Below are positions 26,301-38,427 of a stretch of 64,000 nt of DNA, piece after piece. The notes under the pieces are model-generated. The model had not been told where the DNA came from and made no database searches. It worked only from the letters and a program-made list of their open reading frames with translations. Position numbers and translations under genes: made by a program. How positions within the stretch are numbered: the stretch's first letter is position 1; every line of letters begins with the position of its first letter. Source of the stretch: Nageia nagi (lineage: Eukaryota; Plantae; Pinophyta); contig JBITNC010000001.1 in the NCBI GenBank assembly GCA_050084985.1, positions 116,560,001 through 116,624,000 of the forward strand. The letters run 5' to 3'.

Positions 26301-29012
26301 GTAAAGGTTTATGTAGATGATATTCTGATAAAATCAAAGAATAAATAAGACCATGTAAAGGATGTAAAACAACATTTGAAAGGATGAAGTAGTATAAGTT
26401 AAGAATCAAGCCTCAAAAATGTGTATTTGGGGTATCATCAAGAAACCTCTTGGGGCACATTGTCTCTAGGAGAGGGGTTGAAGTGGATCCAAAGAAGATT
26501 AAGGCTATCATAGAAATGTCACCTCCTATGAATCTCAAGTAATTGAGAAGCCTCCAAGGTAAGATTCAAGCTATTAGAAGATTCATTTATCAATTAATAG
26601 ATAAGATAGCTCCTATTTCTCATTTACTTAAGAAAGAAGTTGAGTTTAAATGGGATGTTAAGTGTTAAGAATTGTTTCATAAAATAAAAGAGTATTTGCT
26701 ACATCCATCAATCTTAGCTCCATATAGGCATGGAGAACCCTTTTGGCTCTATGTCTTAGCTAGAGAACATGCATTTGGGGTAATGTTAGCAAATAAGGAA
26801 GAAGACAATAAAGAGAGGGTATTCTATTAGCAAAACATTGAAAGTATATGAAATCAGGTACACACCCATTGAGAAATTATGTAAATGTATAGTGTTTGCT
26901 ACTGAGAGGTTGAGGCATTATATGATCAATAGCATAACACATGTACTTACTCAAGTAGACCCATTTAGATATCTAATGTCAAAACCATGCCTCAATGGAA
27001 GGTCAGCAAAATGGATCATGCTACTTTAGGAGTTTGATCTCAAGTTTGTGAAACAAAAATTAGTTAAAGGGTAGGCAGTTGCAAATTTTGTTTTAGAGTT
27101 TCCCACGAAAGATAGTATACAACTTAGCAAAGAATTTTAGGATGAATGTGATTTGGTAGAAACTATAGAATGTACAAAAGAGTACCACCTATGGCCTTCT
27201 TTGGAAGATAATAATACCACCATCATTCCTTTTTTAGAGGTTTCAAAACTTTGGAAAATGTATTTTAATGGATCATGGTGTATAAGTGGGTTAGGAGCAG
27301 GAATAGCATTGATATCATCTTAGAATGATGTTATTCTTATATCATACAAACTATCATTTAAATGTACTAACAATATTCTTGAATATGAGGCTCTCATATT
27401 AGGATTGAAAGTAGCTATAGAGATTGGTGTTATGCATTTGCATATTTATGGGGATTCACAACTGATAGTGAATCAAGTCAATGAGATCTATATCAACAAG
27501 GATGAGAAACTTATTCCATATAAATTTCTTTTTGCAAAATTCCTTACTTGCTTTGAAGAGTATCAATTAGAAAACATTCCAAGGAATAATAATAGATTGG
27601 TAAATGCATTGGCAAGAACAACTTCACTTATACCAATTGAGATAGAAGGTAGGGAGACTACTTTCACTATCAAGAACTTGGGAACTCCATCAATTGATGA
27701 GGAGGAGCTAAAAATGGTTTGTGTTGCTCAAAAGGTTGGTTATGAGGTAAGCCCTTGGTACCAACACATATTCAAATATTTGAGGGATAACTTTATTGAT
27801 GCTACACTCGATAAGAAAGAATAGATTAGAATGAAAAGGCTTGCTATGAAATATGTCATTATTGGTTATATACTTTATAAAAGATCATTAATGGTATTCT
27901 TTTGAGATGTCTTCATGATGAGGAGATTGGAATGACATTAGAGCATGCTCATGGAAGGGCATGTGGAGGTCATTTCAATGGGAGATTAGGCTATGGTAAG
28001 TTGATTAGGATTGGTTATTAGTGGCCCACCATGGATTATGATTGTTGTGAGAATGTCAAGAAGCATGAGTAATGTCAAAAGCATGCACACTTAGAATTAA
28101 CACCTACTCAAGAGTTGAACTATGTTACATCATTATAGCCTTTCTCAATGTGGGCTTTAGATTTCATGATGTTATCAATCCTCCATCTAGAGAGGGGCAC
28201 AAATTTATCTTGGTTTCCATTGAATACTACACTAAATGGGTTGAGGCACTTCCTTTAAAAACAACTATACAAAAATATGTTATCAATTTCATCAAGGAAT
28301 ATATCATTTGCAGATCCGGCATACCTCAAAGGTTAATCATGGATAATGGTGTGAATTTTGTAGGAAAATATATCAAATAATTTTGTAAAAAGATGAGGTT
28401 GAATAGAGATTCTCTTTAGTTTACTATCCCTAAGGAAATGGACAAGCTAGAGCAACAAAAGAAACAATCAAGAAAATATTTTCAAAAACTATCAAAAAGA
28501 ATGGTAGGGATTACCATGATCAATTACCATATGCTCTATGGGCATATAGAAAAAGTGAAAGAACAATAACAAGTGCTACTCCATACTCTCTAGTGTATGG
28601 TGATGAAGTAGTTATTCCTCTTGAAATTGAGATCCCTTCTTTGAGAATTGCACTCAAAGATAGTATGAAGGAACCACAATAATGGGAAGCAAGGTTAAAT
28701 CAACTAGATGCATTAGATGAGAAAAGAATTTATGCATTAGAGCATCTTAGAACATATCAACAAAGAATAAAGAGGGCCTATGGAAAAAAAATGGTGCCCA
28801 AAGCATTTAAAGTTGGGGATATGGTTCTCCAAGAGAACATTTCTAACACTACAGCAAAGGATGAACTTAAAGGAATGTTTGAACCAAATTAGGTTGGCCC
28901 ATACATCATCACAAAGGTCTTTAGTAGAGGTGCATATAGATTATCTACATTAGATGGGGAGGTTCTTAAAAATCCCATAAATGCTAGGCACCTAAAAAAG
29001 TATCAAATCTAG
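23341..29012 (+). pseudogene. pol: gag-pol remnant: GAG-PR-RT-RH-aRH-INT
   Basis: ORF-track fragments 23531, 25456, 25923, 26838, 27405 and 28072 are collinear on the + strand; integrase end 'GPYIITKVFSRGAYRL...NARHLKKY' at ~28895-29010. Confidence 0.92.
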
Positions 29013-29208
29013 GCAACCTATGGGTCACCTTGTGCATCTATTTTTGTAAAAATGTTACTATAGGAATAAGCATGTGAATAGATGGCACAAATTCAAAATA
29101 GAAGGTCATTTCAATGTTATAAGAGGAGCAATAGTGTTCCATTTTATCAAGAAAGTACCGCTCATGATCCTATTTCACAATCAAAAATAGAAAAAATAAA
29201 AATCATTA

Positions 29209-29452
29209 GATACCCCTTGGTGTAGAGTTTCAACTCCCAAATCATAAATTTACATGCCTCTTGGTAGAGTCTTAGCTCCCATATCATCATTCTAGTTGCG
29301 CACCTCTTGGTGAAGTCTTAGCTCCACCCCTCATTGCAATATACCTCTTGGTGTAGAGTTTTACCTCTGATAATAATTGCAATATGCCTCTTGGTAGAGT
29401 CTCAGCTCCCATTTTTATCATTATGCTACTCAATAGGAAGTCTAGCTTCCAT
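29209..29452 (+). repeat. Degenerate ~40-48-bp tandem repeats in the Tat 3' UTR
   Basis: About five to six copies of cctcttggt(gt)agagtcttagctccc. Confidence 0.85.
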
Positions 29453-29865
29453 AAGATCAATGGATAGAACCATTAATGATATGAGATGGTTGTACTCCAC
29501 ATATAAAAATATATCAAAAATATGGGTAATTATCATTGATGACATCTTGGTAGATGTCTATGGACCCTAGAACTCTTTCTTTTGTAGGTCATCATTGGAG
29601 CTCATGGAACACATCAACATCAACTAGGGGAACATGGTGGATGTCATATGAGGGGATTTTATTAAACTCATATCTTTTATCAATATGTTGTTCATATTTA
29701 TTATATTTCTATCATAGTTTAGTATCAAAAATGGACTAATTAGTGTTGGTATTATGCTTTTCAATACTTATCAATATTCAATTACTATGACATCTTGGTT
29801 GTACTTTGAATGAAAAATCTCAATGCACCTAGTGATTTTCAATTTTTGATCCAAAGTGGGGCATA

Positions 29866-30638
29866 TTTTATAGTATAAAATTTATTTATGCATATAAATT
29901 AATACATTAGGAAATATGTGCCTACACTTATACACACCTAGTTCACAAATATTAATATTATCTTGGATATGGTCAATATATATCATTAACTTACTATATT
30001 CTTATTTATGTAGGTACATGTTGACTTAAGGAGTAGGTCATATAATTATTTATATAAATAGGGATCTAATAGTAAGTCCACATCAAGGAGATACATGATC
30101 CCATATCTGGTCTTGATGATGGCAATCTTTTAGGTGTCTCTTGACACTACCATTCAAAGTTGGGTTTGTGTACTTCCTTATGCCAACATCCTAATGATTG
30201 TTAGCTTATCTGAGTATCAAACTAAGATCATTGGGAGTCCATGTGGGGGAATAGAGTTAGTTTAGAATGGAATATAATCTAACAAAGATCATTGGTTCTC
30301 CTTTATAGATGAAACAAACCATTGACACTCCTTTAAAGCATGCAATAGATTACTTACAGCCCTCTCTTTGGATCATCTTACTTCATGAATTTCGATGCAA
30401 ACTCCATTGGTTATTGAGGCTTTGTCACTATCTTTCATTAATCAATATTAGTTATGTTCCATGAGGTAAGTATACAAACTCATTCTTGTTTGGTGATGTC
30501 ATTTCAATTCAATTTATTCATTATCTCCTATATTAGCTTTTATAAATTACTATCTATTAGCTCAAAATTTACAAATATTCCTTTAGGACTATAGGTATTC
30601 ATTTATTTGCATTCTTGAATACATTTTATTTTTAAACA
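29866..30638 (+). repeat. 3' LTR of the Tat element
   Basis: Follows the PPT; first ~400 bp match the 5' LTR. End at ...taaaca is inferred from the resumption of Copia sequence. Confidence 0.8.
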
Positions 30639-30643
30639 CAAAA

Positions 30644-31420
30644 TACATATAGAAATGCATAAAATAGGAAGTGAATACATATGAAAGTATTAAGCCTAAT
30701 AAAATGTGGAAATTGTAATATAATATCCATACAATGATAAATAAGAGGAATAATCTAACTATGAAGAAGAAAGTAGTAAATACAAAGTATTGTTATGAGT
30801 TGAATTTAGTGGTAAACTTAGAAAACTCTTGATTTAAAGAAGTTGTAACTCAAGAAATGTGGATGTATATAATACAAAATTGGTATTATATTCTTACAAA
30901 AGTCAAACATGAAACTTGATACATGTTGATCAGTTGCAATTAGGTGTATAATAATTAGTAAAAAATAGATAATACACTTGAAAAGCATAAAGATAAGCTT
31001 ATTATAAAAGGTTATGTTAATAATAAGGTATGGAATATAAGGAGACCTATTCACCTATTACACAACAAACCACTAGTAAATATTTGTTACCATTATTATC
31101 TCAATATGTATATAATATTCATTCAATTAATGTTAAAACTATCTTCTTGAATGGTTATCTAAAGGAGATCATCTACACAAATAAAATAGAGGATTTATTA
31201 TGAAAAGATAAGGATACAAAGTTTGTAAGCATATAAAATAATTGAATTATTTAAAATAAATTCCCATAATGAGATATGATAAAATAACCAAGAATATGTA
31301 AACCCAATTGTTAAATCCAAACTATGATAATATCATTTATCAAGAGAAGTGAATAAATGCATTGAGGATAAGCAAGAGTTATATCATGTATACTAACCAC
31401 CATATAATCATAAATATAAA
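30644..31420 (+). pseudogene. pol: Highly decayed Copia reverse transcriptase, N-terminal half
   Basis: 'TIFLNGYLKEIIY' (~31138-31176; consensus TAFLNGDLxEEIY) and 'SKYKVLL' (~30775; consensus KYKARLV); continues the Copia interrupted at 22933. Confidence 0.7.
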
Positions 31421-31496
31421 TATATAAAAATTAACATATTATTTTAGCACTATAATGTATTATTATTCAAATACTACAAGGATTATGTTTATAACA

Positions 31497-32237
31497 TTCT
31501 TCCCTTAATTTGAATGGGTATTTTTAAGTCCATAAATCTTTCTAAACTTCTCTCTTCCAAGTGATTTGATGATGTTTGTAGTTTTTTCATCAATGGAATA
31601 ATATTTCAATTAAATTATTTTTACCTTACATGATATCTAAGCAAATGATATTTTGTGTTCATGTTCTTTATTTAATCATAGACCTTATAGTTCTTAGCCA
31701 ACTATGTTGCATAAGTATTATCAATTATAGGTGGAGTTGGGTAGAGTTAGATGCACATGTTTCTCCTACAAATATTTTAATATCTTCTTAATCCATATAA
31801 TCCCTTTTATTTCATCTATAACTACCATATACTCTCTCTTTATAGTGGAATATATCATAATGGATTTCTTATGTAACCTCCAATAGATAGCTATCAATCT
31901 AAGACTTATGACATGGCCTAAAGTAGAAAATTATTTCTCCTTGTTACTATCAAAGTCTAAATCTATATATCCAATCAATTTGAAGTCTCCCACTTTGTAA
32001 TATTTGAGCTAAAAATATTGAGTTCCCTTCCAATATCTAAGTCCTTTCTTTGATGCATTCTATTATTCTTCATAAGGTTTTGGCATAAACTAAGAAATAA
32101 TTTTGACTACAAATAAAATATGTGATCTTGTTGTGGTTAAATAAATGAGACTTCCTAAAAGTTATATATATTTTGTAGCATCCTTAAATTAGTTTCCTTC
32201 AACTAATTTTAGTTTTAAATTATATTTCATTGGAGTT
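31497..32237 (-). pseudogene. pol: Copia RT C-terminal half + RNase H + PPT (continues at 38272-38340)
   Basis: Minus strand 'TPMKYNLKL...LLGSLIYLTTTRSHI' and 'TNIIKSLGREKF'; PPT taagggaagaa followed by tgtta at ~31496. Confidence 0.82.
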
Positions 32238-32240
32238 CAA

Positions 32241-32558
32241 TGTTATGAACCAAGTTCCCAAAATAGCATAAAATCACAAGAGAAAGAGCTCAATGCCTTG
32301 AATAAGAGATAAAATTAGTAATAATAAGCCACTTCGAGGGGGAAACCTCCTTTAAATTACATCAAATACACAACAATAGATAATACAAATGATAATACCT
32401 CCTTAGTATATATAGGAATCCAAGGGTTGCCACTACAATGAAAGGACACTAGCCGACATAACATTAATAATGTAAGGGAATAACAATAACCATAGTGGGC
32501 TTCTATGGGACACATGATAACAATATATGGGCTACATGAGTAGTATAGGGACCTAAAA
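32241..32558 (-). repeat. Chromovirus LTR copy 1
   Basis: tgttatgaaccaagttcccaaaatagc...gggacctaaaa; direct repeat of 35888-36204. Confidence 0.95.
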
Positions 32559-32574
32559 TGCCCCTCTCCTTCCA

Positions 32575-35500
32575 AAAAAAATGTTTTCCTCAATGTTTGA
32601 GTAGTTTTGGATGCTTTTGTAGAAAATTCTCATCTTCCCATGTGGAATCTTCAGTAGGTAGCTTCTTCCACTTAATGAGATACTCTGAAATTGATCAATT
32701 TCTTACCTTACAAATTCTTGATTCAGTGATTACTTTTGGCTCCAATATAATTTTCCCTTCCTCATCGAGTTTTGGAAGTGTAGTTTGAATTGGGATCTTG
32801 TCATTGATAACCTTCTTTAATCATGAAACATGAAAAATTGGGTATACTTATGAAGAAGTCGAAAGCTCCAATTTGTATGCCATACTACCAATCTTTTGCA
32901 ACACCTTATAAGGCCCATAGTACTTGGGAGATAGTTTGTTATCCTTCTTAGATTGCTTGAGGGACATCTATTTGTATGGTTGTAGCTATAAAAACACCCA
33001 ATCACCCACTTCAAAACTTCTTTCATTGTGATGTTGATCTGCTTGTTGTTTCATTTGATTCTGTGCCAAGGTCAAGTTATCCTTTAAGAGTTGGAGAACT
33101 TGTTGTTGATGCTCAATGTGATATTCCAGTCCTTGAACCTTTGATTTATCTCTTAGATATGATGTGATGGATGGTGGATGATATTCATAAAGTGCCATAA
33201 ATGGGTTCATTTTTGCTATGGTATGAAAGGAAGTGTTATACCACCATTTTGCCAAAGATAACCACTTGACCCATTATGTTTGTTTATCAGATACAAAGCA
33301 ATGAAGATATCCTTCCAAACATTTGTTCACTATCTCAGTTTGCCCATTAGATTGAGGATGATAAGATGAGCTATGAGCCAATTAAGTACTGAGATAAGAA
33401 AATAATTCTATCCAAAAATTCCTAGTGAAAATTGGATCTCTATCACTTACAATAATCTTTGGGTTTCCATGTAATTTTTGAACTATTTCCATGAATGCAG
33501 TAGCGACTGTACTAGCTTTGAAGGGATGGGATAGTGCACAAAAGTGTGCATACTTGGTAAGTCTATCAACAACCACCATGATGACACTCTTTCCTTCAAA
33601 CTTGGGTAGACCCATGATAAAATCCATTGATACTTCCTCCCAATGCTGACTTGGAATGGGTAATGGTTGTAAAAGACCTAGGGTCTTGATTGTCTCAACT
33701 TTATTTTGTTGGAAAACCAAACATTCTGCCACAAACTTTTGGATATCAGATTTAAGGCCATCTCAAAAAATTCCTTCTTGACTTTGTGATAAGTTTTTAA
33801 AACTCTTGAGTGCCCTCCTAGAGGAGAGGTGTTGTAATTCCAAAAGAACCTTTTGTTTGAGTTGGGATTTCTTACATAAATATAAGCAATCCTTATACCA
33901 TAGAGAATCATTTTTCCAACTAAATGTATCAGACACACTAGGATCTTGCTACAGCTTCTAAATGAGTGTCCACACCTCCTCATCATTCCTCCATTCATCC
34001 CTTGCTTTAGTTATCCACTCAGGTTGGAGAATTAAAATTACGCATATCAATGCCTCAACATCCTCATCCTTTCTTAAGAGTGCATCAGCCATAATATTTT
34101 GCTTCCCTTTTTTATAAATGATTTCAAAGTCATAACCCAACATATTTGTGATCCATTTTTGTTACTCTTCTAAAGATAATCTTTGTTTTAAGAAGTATTT
34201 AAGACTATCATGATCTATTTTGACCTTGAAGTGTCTTCCCATTAGACAAGGATGCCATTTCTTCAAGGCATGTAGTATTGCCATCATTTCCTTCTCATAA
34301 ATAGGTTTGTTTAAATTCTTTCCCTTTATTGGATGACTCTCAAAGGCCATGGGTCTTCCATTTTACATTAAAATAGCACTAATTCCATTTCCTAAGGCAT
34401 CACATTCCATAATAAAAGTTTTTGTCAAGTCTGGTGTAGCTAATATAGAAGCTTTACACATTGCTTCTTTAAGATATTCAAAGGCCTTAGTTGCTTCTAG
34501 AGTCCAAGAAAATGCATCTTTCTTCAGTAATGTTGTTAGAGGTGCAACAATTTGCCCATAATTCTTAACAAACTTACGATAATACCCAATCAACCCCAAA
34601 AATCCTCTAAGGTGCCTTAAGGTTGTGGGAAGTCTCCATTCCTTGATGGCTTTAATTTTGTTAGGGTCTGGCTTAACACCCTCATGAGACATGATATGAC
34701 CCAAATATTCTACCTCCTGTACCCCAAAGAAACATTTGGATGGTTTTGCATACAATTGTTGTGCCTCCAATAGTTTGAGCACCCTATCAACATGTTGAAC
34801 ATGATCTTCCCAAGACTTGTTGTAGATTAGTATATCATCAAAGAATACTAGCATAAATTTCTAAGGAAGGGTTTGAAAATAGAATTCATCAAAATTTGAA
34901 AAGTGGAAGGTGCATTAGTAAGGCCAAAGGGCATGACCAAGAATTCTTAATGACCTTCATGAGTTCTGAATGCTATTTTCAGAATGTCTTCTATCTTCAT
35001 TCTAATTTGATGATATCCTGAGCTAAGATCTAGCTTGGTGAAGGATTTTGATCCATGTAATTCATCCAACAATTCATCAATGATAAGAATGGGAAATTTA
35101 TATTTAATAGTGAGCTTGTTGAGCTCTCTATAATCAGGACACATGCACCATGCTCCCTCCTTCTTAAGCACCATTACTACTGGGGAAGAGAAAGAACTTT
35201 GGCTTGGTTGAATTATACCTATTTCTAGCATTTTTGCAATCATACATTCAATTTCACTGTTCCCAATGATTGTAACCATTGGACCCCCAAGACAATATCA
35301 GTAGAACCCATTGGAATGGAAATCATTGGACTTTTTAGTACATATTCCCCCATGGTTAGATTGATATTATGGCACTTCCCTAAGTAATTTATAGTTCCTC
35401 CATCTGTAACCATCACTTGAAACTCTAGTGTTGGATATATGAAGCAATTCAAATCTTTGGCTATCTTGGAATGAATAAAATTATGTGTACTACTAAAGTT

Positions 35501-35826
35501 AATGAACACTATTACCTTTTTATTCTTGATATATCCTTCTATCTTGAGAGTTTGAGGAGTAGTAATTATAGCCAATGCATTACAAGATATGGTGGGACTT
35601 ATTTCTTCAATAGTAATCTCTTCTAATTCTTTAAGTGTGGATGATTTTTCTTCTTCTTCTTCTTCCTCTTCACATTCTATGTAGAATAATTTCTTCTCCC
35701 CACACTTATGTCCTTTACTATACTTGCTATCACAATTGAAGCATAGACCCTTTGCTCATCTTTCATCCATTTGTTGAGGTGTCAACCTTGTAGGTTTAGG
35801 TAAGTGAGAAGAAGGAACATTATTTT
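32575..35826 (-). pseudogene. pol: pol remnant: gag C-terminus, PR, RT, RH, INT, chromodomain
   Basis: ORFs 35240..35575 (PR), 34947..35279 and 34363..34854 (RT, FFDDIL), 34162..34350 (RH), 33382..33732 and 32986..33255 (INT, 'WEEVSMDFIMGLP'). Confidence 0.95.
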
Positions 35827-35887
35827 CTTAGGTGATTTGGAGGACTATAGTAGAAAGTAATATGTCACCTTTAGCATCCAAACCAAA

Positions 35888-36204
35888 TGTTATGAACCAA
35901 GTTCCCAAAATAGCATAAAATCACAAGAGAAAGAGCTCAACACCTTGAATAAGAAATAAAATTAGTAATAATAAGCCACTTTAAGGGGAAACCTCCTTTA
36001 CATTACATCAAATACACAATAATAGACAATATAAATGATTATACCTCGTTAGTATATATAGGTGTCCAAGGGTTGCCACTATAATGAAAGGACACTAACC
36101 GACATAACAATAATAATGTAAGGGAATAATAATAACCATAGTGGGCTTCTATGGGACACATAATAAGAATATATGGGCTACATGAGTATTATAGGGACCT
36201 AACA
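35888..36204 (-). repeat. Chromovirus LTR copy 2
   Basis: tgttatgaacc...gggacctaaca. On the element strand it is preceded by a second PPT and chromodomain (36205-36430). Confidence 0.95.
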
Positions 36205-36476
36205 TGCCCCTCTCCTTCCAAAAAAAATGTTCTCCTCAACATTTGAGTAGTTCTGGATGCTTTTGTAGAAAATTCTCATCTTCCCATGTGGAATCTTTGG
36301 CAGGTAGGTTCTTCCACTTAATGAGGTACTCTGAAATTGATCAATTTCTTAGCTTATGGATTCTTGATTTAGTGATTACTTCTAGCTCTAATATAATGTT
36401 CCCTTCCCCATCGAGTTTTGGAAGTGTAGTATTAGGTGATTTAATGAGCCATTCGTAGTTACCTAAACCTATAAAC

Positions 36477-38185
36477 AAAATAATGTTCCTTCTTCTCACT
36501 TACCTAAACCTACAAGGTTGACACCTCAACAAATGGATGAAAGATGAGAAAAGGGTCTATGCTTCAATTATGATAGCAAGTATAGTAAAGGACATAAGTG
36601 TGGGGAGAAGAAATTATTCTACATAGAATGTGAAGAGGAAGAAGAAGAAGAAGAAAAATCATCCACACTTGAAGAATTAGAAGAGATTACTATTGAAGAA
36701 ATGACTCCCACCATAACTTGTAATGCATTGGATAGAATTACTGCTCCTCAAATTCTCAAGATAGAAGGATATATCAAGAAGAAAAAGGTAATAGTGTTGA
36801 TTAACTTTGATAGTACACATAATTTTATTCATTCCAAGATAGCCAAAGATTTGAATTACTTCATATATCCAGCACCAGAGTTTCAAGTGATGGTTGTAGA
36901 TGGAGGAACTATAAATTACTTAGAGAAGTGCCATAATATCAATCTAACCATGGGGGAATATGTACTAAAAAGTCCAATGATTTCCATTCCAATGGGTTCT
37001 ACTGATATTGTCTTGGGGGTCCAATGGTTACAATCATTGGGAACAATGGATTTTAATTTTAAAAAACTTTTCATGAAATTTTCTTGGGAGGGAAAAGAGT
37101 TTGAATTAAGGGGTATCAAAGCAAAAGATTGTAAGATAATTAGCTCTAATGGCATGAAAAAACTTTTGAGGAAGAAAAGAAGTGGTGTAATTATAGAATT
37201 ATGCTCACTAGATGTCCAAACATCTAAGCCAGGTAATTCTCTAGATCTCCAAAAAGTCATTGATAAGTATCCCAAGGTATTTGATACTCCCAAAGGTCTC
37301 CCCCCTAATTGAGATCATGATCATGGTATTAACTTATTTCTAAGAAGTGTTCCTCCCAACATCATACCTTACAGATATCCATATGCCCAAAAGAGTGAAA
37401 TTGAATGTATGGTTGTAGAAATGCTAGAAATAGGTATAATTTGACCAAGCCAAATTTCTTTCTCTTCCCTAGTAGTAATGGTGCTTAAGAAGGAGGGAGC
37501 ATGGTGCATGTGTCTAGATTATAGAGAGCTAAACAAGCTCACTATTAAAGATAAATTTCCCATTTCTATCATTGATGAATTGTTGGATGAATTACATGGA
37601 GCAAAATACTTCACCAAGCTAGATCTTCGCTTGGGATATCATCAAATTAGAATGAAGATAGAAGACATTCTGAAAATAGCATTTAGAAATCATGAAGGTC
37701 ATTATGAATTCTTGGTCATGCCCTTTGGCCTTACTAATGCACCTTCCACTTTTCAAAATTTGATGAATTCTATTTTCAAACCCTTCCTTAGAAAATTTGT
37801 GTTAGTATTCTTTGATGATATACTAATCTATAGCAAGTCTTGGGAAGATCATGTTCAACATGTTGATAGGGTGCTCTAACTATTGGAGGCACAACAATTG
37901 TATGCAAAACCATGCAAATGTTTCTTTGGGGTATAGGAGGTAGAATATTTGGGTCATATCATGTCTCATGAGGGTGTTAAGCTAGACCCTAACAAAATTA
38001 AAACCATCAAGGAATGGAGACTTCCCACAACCTTAAGGCACCTTAGAGGATTTTTGGGGTTAACAAGGTATTATTGCAAGTTTGTTAAGAATTATGGGTG
38101 AATAGTTGCACCTATAACAACATTACTAAAGAAAGATGCATTTTCTTGGACTCTAGAAGCAACTAAGGCCTTTGAATATCTTAAA
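36477..38185 (+). pseudogene. pol: Inverted duplicate of gag C-terminus - protease - RT
   Basis: ORFs 36701..37312 (PR) and 37478..37879 (RT, FFDDIL) are near-identical to the reverse complement of 34468-35826 and retain ~349 bp (37046-37394) missing from the minus copy. Confidence 0.95.
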
Positions 38186-38427
38186 TAATAACATTTGGTT
38201 CATCCACCAAATTGGGAATAGTGGCTTTTAATTTAAAAAAACTTTTCATGAAATTTTGCAACACCTTATAAAGTTGACATTTACCACTTCTTTGCATCCA
38301 AACCAATTACAATTGAGAATACGTCTTAGGAAAGTATTAGTAGACATTACAATCTATCATTGCAAATTTATTCAACAACTCTTCAATGCACTTTCTCTGA
38401 GAAATAATAATCTAAAGATTAGGTCTT

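Larger units (their letters stand above)
22934..30638 (+). mobile_element. Ty3/Gypsy Tat-clade (Ogre/Retand-type domain order) LTR retrotransposon, degenerate
   Basis: LTR pair 22934-~23340 and 29866-30638; PPT aaagtggggcata at 29853-29865; candidate TSD ccaaa/caaaa. Domains: gag 'FPHSLEGEACEWFYSL', protease 'NLILKRPWIYDMEGVPSTLH', RT 'RVCIDFRDLNKAC...SFMDGFLGYNQI...YVDDIL', RH, aRH 'YGDSQLIVNQV' and integrase. Confidence 0.93.
32238..38271 (-). mobile_element. Rearranged chromovirus (Ty3/Gypsy, Reina-like) cassette inserted in a Copia RT
   Basis: Two 317-318-bp LTRs (32241-32558, 35888-36204), each with a PPT (tgcccctctcc on +) and a chromodomain 'SEYLIKWK.LP.EDSTWEDENF'. Minus-strand PR-RT-RH-INT at 32790-35826 and an inverted + copy at 36477-38185. 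Flanked by agtt at 32234-32237 and 38272-38275. Confidence 0.9.

Noticed and set aside
29209-29452. Repeat-spacer appearance suggesting a CRISPR array
   Set aside because: The repeats are degenerate and irregular, lie in a retrotransposon 3' UTR, have no cas genes nearby, and the context is eukaryotic.
32241-36204. Ordinary intact LTR element bounded by the two 317-bp LTRs
   Set aside because: The second LTR is itself preceded by a PPT and chromodomain, gag is almost absent, and the flanks (ttcaa / tgccc) are not a TSD.
36916-37293. 125-aa minus-strand ORF
   Set aside because: Antisense to the protease frame 36701..37312.
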